Source of the DNA: Nemertoderma westbladi
Taxonomy: Eukaryota > Animalia > Xenacoelomorpha
NCBI GenBank assembly: GCA_032718475.1
Contig: JAUCBJ010007228.1
Location: 1-52,702, forward strand
Direction: 5' to 3'
Length of the DNA: 52,702 bases
Both the position numbers and the translations under genes were made by a program. Of the stretch, positions 1-12,473 are shown in pieces. Each line of letters starts with the position of its first letter. Within the stretch, counting starts at the first letter, position 1. The notes below the pieces were generated by a model. The model made no database searches, was not told where the DNA came from, and was given only the letters and a program-made list of their open reading frames with translations.

Positions 1-84
1 TAAAGGGAATTTAGAGTTAAGCTCTGGAAGTACAGGGGTCTCTAACACAGAAGTGACTTTGGGAACGACAGGCCTAATTATTTC

Positions 85-930
85 AGGCTCATCAACTATT
101 GTAGGGAGTCTTGTGACCTGAATAATTTGTTCTGTGGGCTCTGAATAATTTGTTCTGTGCTAGCTAGTTGTCTTCTGACAGCTGGGGGCAAATCAGGCAG
201 TTTATGACGGTGAGATGTTTTTCTACGCCTGCTTAGACGAGATCTATTTCCTCCGCCTTCAGGATCGGTGGTCTCGCCTTCCTCCGATGATGTGTATCCT
301 TGGCGCTTGGGAGTAGATCGACTCATCATCTGCATTTGATTAGCAGTTAACTGTTTATTTATGTTGTCTTGCGTCTCTTGCAGATTTTCCAACTCCAGTT
401 GGGTAATCTCCTCAGACGCTCTCCGTTCTGCTTCTGCCACTGCCTTTGCTGCTTTTCTTTCTGCTTCTGCTTCTGCCATTGCCGCTGCCTCCTTTCTTTT
501 CCATTCTGCTTCTGCGATTGCCTCTGCCGCCTAGGCTCATCAACTATTGTAGGTAGTCTTTTGACCTGAATGGTTTGGTCTGTAGGTTCTGTACTACCTA
601 AGTCTGTGCTAGCTAGTTGTCTTCTGACAGCTGGGGGCAAATCAGGCAATTTGTGACGGTAAGATGTTTTTCTACGCCTGTTTAGACGAGATCTATTTCC
701 TCCGCCTTCAGGATCGGTGGTCTCGCCTTCCTCCGAGGATGTGTATCCCTGGCGCTTGGGAGTAGATTTTCTCATCATCTGCATTTGATTAGCAGTAAAC
801 TGTTTATTTATACTGTCTTGCGTCTCTTGCAGATTTTCCAACTCCATTTGGGTGGTCTCTTCAGACGCTCTCTGTTCTGCTTCTGCCAATGCCATTGCTG
901 CCTTTCTGTCTGCTTCTGCTTCTGCCGCCG
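85..930. repeat. Tandem duplication, period about 448 bp
   Basis: aggctcatcaactattgtagg starts at 85 and at 533. The peptide LENLQETQD...GYTSSEEGETTDPEGGGNRSRL occurs in both the 96..479 and 359..1702 ORFs. Confidence 0.9.
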
Positions 931-1702
931 CTCTTGCTGCTGCTATTGCCTTTCTGTCCTCTATCGCTTTTTTCTTTACTTGTTCTTCTTGGACTCTAAC
1001 GAGGCGGAGTTTTTCATCACATTCAGCTTGGTTTGCAGCTAACATTTCGGCATCGATTGCGTCCAACACAAGCTTGGTTCCTTCACTATTAGGGGAAAGT
1101 CCAGACAGCCGTCTCCTCAACTCTTCGTCTCCTAGGAATCGCTGATAGTCGGACAAATAAATGTCGATAGCGTCTCTAGTTCGCGGCTTCTCTGCTGATG
1201 TTAATTCGCTTTCCACTTCGCTTTCCACCTCGCTTTCCACTTCGCTTTCCACCTCACTTTCCACTTCGCCTTCCACCTCACTTTCCACTTGAGAAGAAGT
1301 GGCGTCGGTTGATTCCCCACAGGCTGGCCGCCCATCATAAACCGTATCCGCCATCTTCGCTCCGCGTTCGGGCGTCCGCTCAACAGTATCCGAACTACTG
1401 GAGCTATCGGGCCGCTGAGAACTAGGTTCTTGGCTAGGAGGTTGCTGCTGTTTTATAGCTTCTTCTTGATCCCGCTTGACTTGGGCCCGAGTGCCTATGG
1501 CAGACCAACGGCGCTTCACTAACTTCGCAAATTGCGAAATCTTTTCTACCAACCTAGGTTCTGTCACAACCACTGCAGGGGTTGCCCTTCTTACAGTATG
1601 AGGGGTTTCAGACCTCGGTCTGGGATTCTCTACACTTTGATCTGAGAAACAGGCTGTTGTTTCTAGGAGACTATCTGACAGAGTTTGCCTTGTGTCAGCC
1701 AT
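359..1702 (-). pseudogene. N-terminal gag-like ORF of an unclassified LTR-like retroelement; it runs off the window edge and is frameshifted by an internal duplication
   Basis: 447-aa ORF with a coiled-coil E/A/K-rich part. Its N-terminus (LSDSLLETTAC...TPHTVRRATPAVVVTEPRLVE...IGTRAQVKRDQ) matches 20624+ (LSDSILEQAVC...TPPTVRKAIPGVAITEPKLVE...IGTRARVR*DQ). No catalytic domain is visible, so gag is an inference. Confidence 0.5.
1208..1290. repeat. 12-bp coding minisatellite (ESEV)n
   Basis: ctttccacytcr repeated about 7 times, in frame. Confidence 0.85.
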
Positions 1703-3060
1703 GTTTGATTGTACAGTTGAATGCCTACTGCTATATTACAGTTAAAGCAAGTCTAGTAATTCAGTATCACTGTTAGCCTAGTAATTAATTACCGATACTG
1801 CTACTCAGTGTAGCGTGATATATATATAATATATTAGAATACCGGTATGCTTATAATATATATATAAGTATTATTACAGACTAGATTTGTCACAGAGTAC
1901 CGGTATATAATTTTAGCACAAATATATATAAATATATAATAGGCCTATCGTGAATACCGGTATACAGCCTACACTTATAGTATATAAGTATAATTCTGGA
2001 CTATAATTAATTACAGAGTACCGGTATGATTTCAGCACAAATTTATAGAAATAAATATAATAAGCCTATGGTAAATACCGGTATGTCAATTATTTTAGAA
2101 TAATTGAATTTCTGAATATTTTAGGGTTACTTGGTTACTTTAACTTACTTTGTTACCGTTATTTAAGCAGTAGTCCAACTGATATTGAGACCTAGTTGTT
2201 GTATGGCAGGCCTACTATTTATAAATCGTTTGAGTTGATTTATAATATTTATATACCCGTTTAAAAGGGTTTTGTCAATATTTGAAATAAATGTTATTAT
2301 TTCTGGGGGGTCACTACACAGAAGCTGTGCGCTCTCAGTGGAGTGCTATTTATTGGACACTAAAACAGATAATTCTAATTTACCTAAGTTACTTAATACT
2401 ACAAATTACTTACGATACGGGTGAGATTAAATCTCTAATTAAACACAACAAAAAATATTACGTACGAATTTTTAGGGTAATTTTACAGGAAGTCTACAAA
2501 CCAGTCTAACAAAGGGTTAGATTTCTGGTTATTACAACGGACAGGGTACTACGGTATTTGAAATAATAAGTAGTAGTAAATATATTGTACTGTCCAGATA
2601 GGAAATACCACCGCCTGACGACCTATAACCGTATCGCTATAGGTACTACGTTATGTATCACGGATTGTTCCTACCCAGAAGCTAATAGAGCTAACGAATG
2701 TGCCTATCAACCACTTTACAACACAAATATACTGCCTACACTAATTACTTCGGAAAGCACTGTACACTAAACCCTAAATTAGGTACAAGTACCGGTATAA
2801 CAAATAATCAGTAGTTAAATATACTTGAACAGTTAAAAGAACCACGGCATCTGCTGGAGTGACCGAAGCACAAAATCTCCAGTCTTTACCTACGCCAAGC
2901 AGCCCGTGTAGTACCGGAGTTAATTTAACTATAACGGTATGTGTAACAAACACAATTACTGTAGGAATAAACTTGGGGACATGAATGTTGCGAATAATCG
3001 CATAAACTCTGAATAATAAATATTACGCTACCCGTACAGAATACTCAAACAAATACAAAC

Positions 3061-3540
3061 CAAAACGCTGGCAGACTACCGCCAAGCCTAAATAAACTAC
3101 CGTACGTGTAGATTCTGAAATAGTTAGTTAGTATGCGTTCTAACACGGTAGTACGACTTATTCTTTAAGAGGGGATAGACCTTACCGCTATGGCTGCCCC
3201 AACTTACTAACGGAGCTTTATCAGACAAACTCTACACACGCAGCAATCTCTTCAGACCTAATAATAGCTAGACAACAATCCAGCCTACAAAATATCTGAG
3301 TAATAACTATTACGGTACCTGAACAGACCACACAAACAAACACAGGCCAAAACGCTGGCAGACTACGATCAAGCCTAAATAAACTACAGTATATGCAGAT
3401 TCTGAAATAGTTAGTTAGTATGCGTTCTAACACGGTAGTACGACTTATTCTTTAAGAGGGGATTGACCTTGCAGTATATGGCTGCCCCAACTTACTAACA
3501 GCACTTTATCAGACAAACTCTACACACGCCGTAATCTCTC
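3061..3540. repeat. Tandem duplication, period about 287 bp, within the leader of copy A
   Basis: caaaacgctggcagactac...gtatgcgttctaacacggtagtacgacttattctttaagagggga occurs at 3061 and 3348. Confidence 0.85.
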
Positions 3541-5167
3541 CAAACCCAACAACAGTCAGACAGCAGCTCAGCCTACAATTATCTGAACAATCTGAGCAGG
3601 GTCACACGCCTTCTGCTCAATATTAGCCTACTAGTAAATAAAACCGACAGAAATAAGTAGAATCTCAAATAAAAATCAGGGCGGCCGTTCCCTGATTAAA
3701 TACTAAGACCTACCGGTATACTATAATCAAAATTGAATAATACTAATGTACTTATACTGGAAGTACCGGTTAGGGCAGTTGGGCCTACGGACCTACAGAA
3801 GTGCCGGTTCAGGTTTACCGGTTGATCGGTACTTTCAACTTTATTGCTTACTGCAATAAAGTCAATGACTGTTATTGTACGCGCTTTTGAAGACCTTTAG
3901 CAGTTTAACCTGCCAAAATTTATATGTCTTTTGATTTATAAATATACTTTAGAAGATGACAAATATTTAATACCAATAAACACAACATTAGCAGAAGCCA
4001 GCCTAGTGCGCGTCCATTCACCCGCTGGATAATCCCGGGAGGCTGGATTCTGTCGGCTTAGATTATTATTGCAGTGAAGCTTACGGTATTGTATTATTCG
4101 ATTGATCGTTAATAATTAATTTCTGACTAATATTATTCACTTTCGGGAAATATTAACAGTTCCTTTTAGGACGTGGCGCTCTATCTAAGTAAACAGAGAT
4201 ATGACTTATACCAATCACAACGGTAAGTCGGTAAGGCTTATGATTCACGTATGAGTCGCATTCTTTAGGAAATGCTTAGTTATCGGTCACAATCATGCAC
4301 ACTACCGGTAACACACAATACTGCTCATTAATTTGCCGCCCGTCAATGTATTTTATCATATATAAAGGGAATAGCAACGGAACAATGTAGTGCTTATCAA
4401 ATAGCATTAAATTCACTACAAACCACAACAATATAAGTCGCAATCGCTATATATATAACCCGTCTCTCTAACCTGTAGTGTATCAAGAAAATTGGGAAAT
4501 TTGGGTTCTTTATATATGTTCTCCAAATAATATTCAACCAAACACAACAGTAAATAGCAGTATAATAATGTATGTTGAACAGTAATAACAACAAAGTATT
4601 GAATTGTGAATGGATTTGACTGATAACAGTCATACGCTCTATAATTTAAGCCTACTAATGTTTCCTCTTAAAGTATGAAAAGAATTAACTCTAGAGCCGG
4701 TGTTTCTGGCTTAGACAGCAATAACAACAAAGTATCAAGTGAAAACAGTAAGACTGAACACTCTCCTTATGATCGGCCGAAAAGCTACACGTCGACAGGA
4801 AAAATCGCTCTGATTGGCTCAAGCCAAACAAAGAACCATGCGTCCAATGGCTGTTTCCATGTCAGCAACCAGCTGCTAGATGTCGTAATCTGAATCATCA
4901 CGGCTAAGCTGTGTAAAAGTATTTGCCATATTGCGGGTTTTTTGCCTTACCATGTCCGCTAAAACACGTATATAGCAGAATGACTTTTATGTCCGTTAAA
5001 ACACCTGTAACGGTACCTTGCGGGCGAGGGGAATATATGTACAGTTAGAGAACCTTTTTAGAGTATTCCAGCGCCTGGGGGGAAACTGGATTGCGAAGCA
5101 AAAGGGGCCAGTTATATCCCACAGAAGCTTTTACAGGCACTAAATTCTACAGCACGGCTACAGTAGT

Positions 5168-5466
5168 TTAAATAAATTGGAGATGAGCTGTTGCAACTGT
5201 AATTAAAGGTGTAATATTATGGTTTTGTTCTGAAGTGGAAAAAATGAGAAAGCGCGTCACCGGGGGTAGTGGATTAGGTGGGAGTGAGTGTCGGGGGGTA
5301 GTGGCTGAGCTGGTTAGCGCTACTGATGAGGCCTGATTGGCTGAAACGTACGTATAGCGCTGGTTCAACCCCCGGTGACGCGCTCCCATTTTTTCCACTT
5401 CTGAACAAAACCATAATATTACACCTTTAATTAACAGTTGCAACAGCTCATCTCCAATTTATTTAA
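5168..5466. mobile_element. Foldback element with about 100-bp inverted arms, probably Penelope pLTR-derived
   Basis: 5168-5267 is a near-perfect reverse complement of 5368-5466 (ttaaataaattggagatgagctgttgcaactgt... vs ...acagttgcaacagctcatctccaatttatttaa). The spacer holds a hammerhead. Confidence 0.8.
5306..5367 (+). ncRNA. Minimal type I hammerhead ribozyme
   Basis: Stem I agcgcta (5316-5322)/tagcgct (5355-5361); core CTGATGA (5323-5329); stem II ggcc-tgatt-ggct; GAAA (5343-5346); short stem III C-gtac-G with a palindromic loop; GUA cleavage triplet 5352-5354. Confidence 0.85.
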
Positions 5467-8400
5467 TTAACATCACCTGGCTGGCAGTAATACTCGATCT
5501 GAATATTTATTAATTTGTACTTCCTCCTGTTTCACTCAAACATACTTGAGGCCGTTAGGTCCGCTGTTAGAGATAGAATATATGCAACTTGGTAAAGCTT
5601 TTGCGGCAAAAATGAATGTGTCGTTTTTATGCAATTCGCGAACTACTCTTAAAAACGCCAACATTGTTCTAAGGTGTTGGAGGAAGTACAAACTTATGCA
5701 ACTACGCGCATGTCATAATCCAGAACTAACATGACGAAATTTGCCAGCTGTTTCTGTATGGGTAGAGCTTGCCTATATTTTGTCCAATCAGCGCGATTTT
5801 CACTTTCCGAATTCTTTGTTTACATATGTATACTGTAATGTGACGAAATCATTCAATCTGACTTTCTTGCCCAAACTATCAGCGGCCAGAGAGATCATAA
5901 AACGCAAATCTATTAACTTACTTGACACTCTCATATTGCAACACATCCCGACTTTCTGACGTCTGACTGCTGACACTGCCGCACCGCTTATACTGTTTTT
6001 ATGCTGTTATAATATATTGTGGTTTGTAACCTATTTGATTAATGCTAATATTATTTTGGAGAATACTTACGAATAACCGGTAACTCTCTTGGCTTTCTTG
6101 ATTATTGAGGTAATGGATGGGAATACTAGTCACAATTGCCTAGTTCAAATAACAGTGGTTTGTATGAGTTCATGCTGTTTAATAGTCCCCAACATATGTG
6201 AGCTAAATTTCTCCTTATATATGAATAAAACTGGTGACAGTCGGCAAATTGGTGTGTTCAGTACTATTGTCAGTTACATGAGTGTGTACGATTAATAATA
6301 CATTCCTAAAGAATGTAAACATTTGCGTTATCTCATGACCATCCGTTGTAATTAGTATAAGTCATAACTCTGTGCTGTGTGGTATTTAAAGAGTAGCACC
6401 TAAAAGGAACTGTTTGTATTTCCCTGAGAATAAACATCGTTTTTGGAGATTATATAGTAGAGATCAATCGAATAATACAAAGTAGCCAACACCTCTCTCT
6501 GCAATAGAATCCAGTCTCCCACATCCGGTGGGTCACACCCTATACTAGACTGGCTTCGGCTGTGTTCACTTTTTGCAGACATCATAAGACACATAAATTA
6601 GCAGGTTGAACTGTTAAAGGTCTAAAAGCGCGAACATTAATAGATTTAGTTTATGTTGTTGTTCCATAGGAGCAACAAAAACCTACCACACCAGTAGTCG
6701 GGCGGTAGTTGTAGGCCTAGCGGTAACAGTCCGGTACCATATAGTAGTATTAATTCGATTGTGACATATTTGTATATTCGTAGGCTGTTTAAGAGACTAG
6801 GGCCTGTACAGTACACCCCTTATTTCTTTTATAGTTTACATATTTCTACCAGCTTTGTTTATCAGTAAGTGTAGTATTGAGCAGATGGTGTGTAATCCTG
6901 CTCAGATTGTAGAAGTAACTCGTAGGCTGAATTGTTGTCTGATTATAGTTGGGTTTGAAGTGAATTACGGTGTTGTGGGTTATTTGTCTGATAAAGTGCT
7001 AGTTAGGAAGTGGAGGCATCCATATTGTAAGGTAAATCCTCCACTAAAGAATAAGTCGTACCACGTAGTCTGGAATGCATACTAACTAATAATTTTGGAA
7101 ACTTCATCTATTGTATATTAGTTTATTTTAGATTTGGTGGTAGTCTGTCAGCATTTTGGCTTGTGTTTTATTTAAATAATCTGTAAAGGTAGCATAATAC
7201 TTATTATTCAGAGTTTATGCAAGTAATTTGCAATATTCATGTCCCTTAAGTTTATTCCTGCAGTAATTCTGCTAGATACCGTAGTAGTTAAATTAACCCC
7301 TGGGCAATACTACTTCAGGACTGCTAGGCGTAGGTCACTGGTGATTTCTTTAGCATCGGATGAATAAGATTAAATACTCCGGTTACTCCGGCAGATGCTG
7401 TGGTTCTTTTAGCTGTTCAAGTATATTTAACTGTTGTTATATTTTGTACAAGTGTTAGTATCTAATCTAGGGTTTAGAGTACAGCACTTTCCAGAAATAT
7501 AATTTAGTGTGTACGCAAGTATTTTTGTGTTGTAAAGTGGTTAATAGGTGAAATTGAAATTGTTTTGTTTAATGACATATTCGTTAAAGGTACCGGTAAT
7601 ATAGTTAGTTAAACACATTAAAATTTGCACTCAGCCATGCTAGATAAAAAGCACCACAGAGATGTGCTGTGTAAATAATACTTAAATAAAATTAAATTTA
7701 AAATTGACAGACTGAACATGAATATTAAATTACGTAATGGTAAAATTGAATGCACTCTTATATATGGTTAATTCTATCTAATAGATCCGTTAGCGCAGGC
7801 TACGATAATTAACTTTTAGGTACAGGACACTACTCCGGGTACTTTTGTTTATAGTGTAAAGCCGTCAGACAGTGGCATTTCCTTATCTGGACAACGCGAA
7901 TTATTGAATGCAACTTTATTAGTTTCAAAATTCCGTAAACCCCCGTAAGAACCAGAAATTCGAAGTTCTGGTTAGTAAAATTCTTGTTAAAATTACCCTT
8001 AGAATTGTACGTGTATCTTCTGTTTGATGTTTATTTAGAGATTGTGTAATCTCAACCCGTCGTATATATTTAAGTAATTTAGTAGTGATAAGTAACTTAG
8101 TAAGTATAAATTATTATTATTTAGTGTCTAGTAACTCTCCATTAGGAGTGTTGACCATCCTTACTGTGACTTCTGAACTTAGAAATAATAACATATGTTT
8201 CAATATTGATTAAACCCATTGCGGGTACATATATCTTATTTATAAACTCTATACAATGAGATTTATAAACTCGTAGGCCTGTTATACTTATACACCAATT
8301 AGGTCTTTATATATGCTGAACCTATTGCTTAACTTCAGCAATACAGTACCGTAAAGGAAAATATTCCCTATAATCTGATATAATCAGTCATTATTTAATT

Positions 8401-8622
8401 ATTGATAATACCGGTACCAACAGTAAGCTTATTATATATTTATATAATTTAGGCTGGACACATATACTGGTACTCAGTGTTTAATATCGGTCTTCTGTAA
8501 TACTGTTATATATACTATATATTATATACTGGTATTTAATAAATTGTTATCTACCTATATTGTATAGAGTAACAATACGTTATACCTATAAGACTGACAG
8601 TTGATAATGGTCAATATTAAAC

Positions 8623-9299
8623 TGTAAGCGGATTCAATTCCGCCTCATTACCCACCAGAAAATGGGGTAGTGGCATTTTCAGCAATATGTTGGAGATACG
8701 AGATTAGCAATATTAATCTCGTATCACAACCAACATTTGGGGGGGGGGGGGGCAACACAAGCCCCGAAGCCACACACAAAGGAAGGTTAGAGGTCAAACC
8801 ACCTCGGAGGGGACACAGCTAGTAGAGGCTAGCAGCAGAGGGGAAACACTCCCAGAGAGTGCCAGGGTGAGAAGTAGGATATTAGCCAATAGGGGGGAGG
8901 AAAGCACGTGATAGGGCACAGGAGAGCATCCATTAGGTAACAGGCCAAAGTAGTGTAGGAGGTAAAGCAATATTGGTATATCAATCATATATTACCTCTC
9001 GTTACAGGTTTGTGATTCAGTTAGTTAGTTACCCAGTTTTAGTGCAGACCGGTAACATTGTTTCACCATCATCAACATCGGCTGTCAGCAATATTGACTA
9101 TTACCGGTTCCAATCATAAACACTTATCTGCCATCATATATTATTGTGTTATTATTATTATATATTACAACGCAAAGAAACAACATCAAACTTTGAACGC
9201 TTTCTCCAACGGCCTCGGCCAAACTATCAGTAACACCATCCCAGCCAACGGTGACGCGTATAAACAACCTACCCGGTCGGGATCTCTGATCCCGTCACA
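8623..9299 (+). repeat. 5' LTR of the Bel element (677 bp)
   Basis: tgtaagcggattcaattccgc...gatcccgtcaca. By eye it differs from the 3' LTR by 3 substitutions and two G-run length changes. Confidence 0.95.
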
Positions 9300-9363
9300 G
9301 TGAAACAATTGCCAACTGCCAACTGAACTGTAACTACCAGACGCCAGAGTTAGCGGAGAAAAG

Positions 9364-12300
9364 ATGAGCCAAGGAGAGCCCCGATTATCTGAGGGAGAGA
9401 GAATGCCGCCGCAGACCCTGGACGATACCAACCAAATGATCCGTGAGGCCACGACGCGACGGTATCGACCTGCGACGCTGGATTCGCCGACGAGGGACAA
9501 TCCGGTAACCCAAACGGAGGGTGGCCGTCAACCACGGGGAGGGACGAGTTGACGCATGATGGCAGTGGGAGTACCAAAGTCGCCGGCCAGCCACAGGCTG
9601 AGGGCGACGGACGGACCACCGGAACGGCGATGGTGGGGCCGCCGGTACGACGCCGAACCAGGAGAGGTGGAGGAGTCGGCGAAGAGGACGTCGGGACGAG
9701 TGATCGGCTACGACGGGCCTGCAACGCCACGAAGAAACTACGAAAGGAGGCCAGAGAGGAAGGAAAGGTAGACCAGCCTAAGTTACACCAAAGGCTAGGT
9801 GAGTCTAACAAACATTTCTGGTATTTAGTCCGCTTTGGACAGGGAGAACTGGCGAGTGAGAGAGCGAGGGGGGTCGCCACCGAACTGTTCGAACTGTGGC
9901 GATCCGGGGTTGTGGAGCCTGAAGTAGTGTACGTAGGGCCGTACTTAGTGGATGCTAGGGGAATTAAGTTAGTGGGTTTGGCGGATCCGCACGAGGGCGA
10001 ACCCGAGGTTAACCCCGAGGATTCGGTCTCGTCAGTTAGCGAGTACCCCAGAAAGTGGGGGAAAGTTAGTAGACGACAGGAGTCTGTTGCGACCGATAAG
10101 TCCGCTACATCCTCCGCGAAAGCAAGAAGGGTGTTAGAGATATGGCGTGGCGTGTCAACTAGACATGGTGGCGCTAGACCAGAAAGAATTAGAAATGCAG
10201 CTCTATGAGGGAACTGCGTTGTTAGAGAAAGAGAGAGAGTTGGCGAGGGAATGTAGAGAGAGGGCCGAGAGGGTGGCGAGGAACTGTAGAGAGCAAGAAG
10301 AGAGAGAGATGAACGAGTGTAAAGAGTGAGAGACGAGAATAGAGAACGAGCGTAAAGAGCGAGAGGCGAGAGAAACGAACGAGCGTAAAGAGCGAAAGGC
10401 GAGAGAGCGTGAGGCGAGGCGGCTTGAGAGGATTGCGAGAGAGGCAGAGTTGGCCGACCAAAGTTTGCGAGAGGATAGAGAGAGAGAGCGGGATGATATG
10501 CATGCCCGGTTGAGGGGGCTTATGCAATATCAGGTTAAGCAAAAGCGCCGATTAGAACTGGCGCAGTTGGGACTATCCGAGAGTGAGGCTGGCTCGGGTA
10601 GTATTTACGAGGAGCCCGAAGTAATGGAGACGTTTGTTAATGCCTCACCTACAGGCACCGGACGACAGAGCCAGGACTGGTATGACTGTACGGGCGTGGG
10701 GGGTAATAATAATACGTTAGAAGGCATTAATATTAATAGTACCGTAGTGGACAACCCTAACCAAACTTTCATTGCAGGAAATAATGTTTTACCCGGTAAT
10801 AATAATTTAAATTTAAATATAGGAAATAATCCAAATAATAATTTAAATTCAAATATACAAAATGATCCGAATAATCCTAACTTAAATATACAAAATAATC
10901 CAAATAGTAATTTGAATTAAAATATTCAAAATAATTCTAATTCAAATAATCTAAATAATAACTTTAATTCAAACGAACAAAATAATCCTAATTCTAACTT
11001 AAATATACAAAATAATTCAAATAATAATCCGAATTCCGAACAAAATAATTTAAATAATTTAGACAATAATATTGTTGATAATGGTGCTATTAATACGAAT
11101 GTAGGAGACATAGGTGGTCCGGCCAGCGAGAGCCTGCAAGGCCACGTAGTTAGTACGCAGGGAGTAGCGGGGGTGAGTCACCCCGACGGAGCCTGCAAGG
11201 CCACGTACTTAGGCAGGGAGCAGCGGGGGTGAGTCAACCCGATGGGAGCCTGCAAGGCCACGCAGTCGCACAGGGAGAGGCGGGGGTGAATAGACCCAGC
11301 CGCAGTAGAGACAGTGCGTCGACTAGAGAGGGGCGTAGAAGCAAAGTAGGAGGTAGTGAAGTAAGAAGTGGCGAGTGGGGGGGGGGGGGGGGGGCTACGG
11401 CGTCCTACCACGGGAGATTAGTGGCGAGAGGGGGGGGGGGGGAAAGAATTTCCCACAAGAGGGGCGTAGAAGCGAAGTAGGAGGTAGTGAAGTAAGAAGT
11501 CGCGAGTGGGGGGGGGGGGGGGGAGGGGTGCTACGGGCACTCCACCACGAAAGATTAGTGGCGAGAGGGGGGGGGCAGAGAATGTCCCACAAGCGTCGGT
11601 GGAAAATGCGCGGGGCGAGTTAGGTGAACCGTGGCACCCGATGACGGATAATAGTAGGGGGATTGCGAGTATCCCCAGGAGCGTCCAACCAGGCAGAGAG
11701 AGAGAGAGATGTTGACGCCGGGAGCGGGCGAGCGAGAAGACGTCAGTCGGAAGAGAGAAGAAGAACAGTGGAGTTTAACCGGGAGGTCGAAGAGAGATCA
11801 CAAGAGCGTGAAGAGAATAGAAGAAGCGTTGCTACGAGAAATCGGAGAGCAAGGACGGACAGTGAACCATCAGTAGTAGAGATGGAGTTAGGGAGTCAGT
11901 GGGGTCGAACGCGAGTGGAGCGGAGATTGCCGTCGCCCCGGAGAGACGCACCGCACACCAGGAGAAGGGTACAGAACGTACCGATACGAGGACAAGAACA
12001 GGAGAGGGGATCGAAGAGAAACTTCCCGGCGGGATATAGCTGCCAATCGAGAGTACGGTAGTCGTGGCAAGGACTTCTTGGAATATTCGAGAAGATTAAA
12101 CTTCGGTCCGGAAGGACACAGGCAGACTGCAGGACATACTGTAGGCCTTACTGCACATACTATAAGCCATGCTGGCAGAGATAGTGTAGGTGATAGGGTA
12201 GCGCAGACAACGGGATTAGACCCGGAAGTCGCAGTATACATACCGGTAGGTAGGCAAGAAGTGGATAGGCCTATACCGGTACCTGCACACCAGTATGACT

Positions 12301-12473
12301 ACAATATGCAGGGACATAACATATACCCAGGGGAGGGGGGATTTATTGCAGATAGGTGTATGGGCCCCAATATATTAACATCAACCCCAGTACCAAACAT
12401 AACACTGGTGGGGGGGGGGGATAGGGTGACATTCCCCCATTACAATATCAACAATACACTTAACCGAGAATGA
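9364..12473 (+). pseudogene. Fragmented N-terminal region of Bel gag (coiled-coil, Asn-rich and Arg/Glu-rich segments)
   Basis: Chain of overlapping plus-strand ORFs (9364, 9549, 10147, 10450, 11506, 11663, 12078) broken by frameshifts and stops, several at G homopolymers. Confidence 0.6.

Larger units (their letters stand above)
1..3930 (-). mobile_element. LTR-like retroelement copy A: about 2.2-kb 5' leader plus gag-like ORF
   Basis: The reverse complement of 1750-3930 aligns in blocks with 6590-8620 (e.g. 3350-3430 vs 7070-7170). The leader begins aagaca-tataaattt-TGGCAGGTTAAACTG, resembling an LTR end plus PBS. Confidence 0.55.

Noticed and set aside
5020-5050. PPT plus LTR start (gaggggaatatatgtaca)
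   Set aside because: No matching second LTR or upstream plus-strand internal region was found.
11370-11580. Programmed frameshift sites at long G runs in Bel gag
   Set aside because: Homopolymer lengths vary even between the two LTRs, so slippage or sequencing error is more likely.
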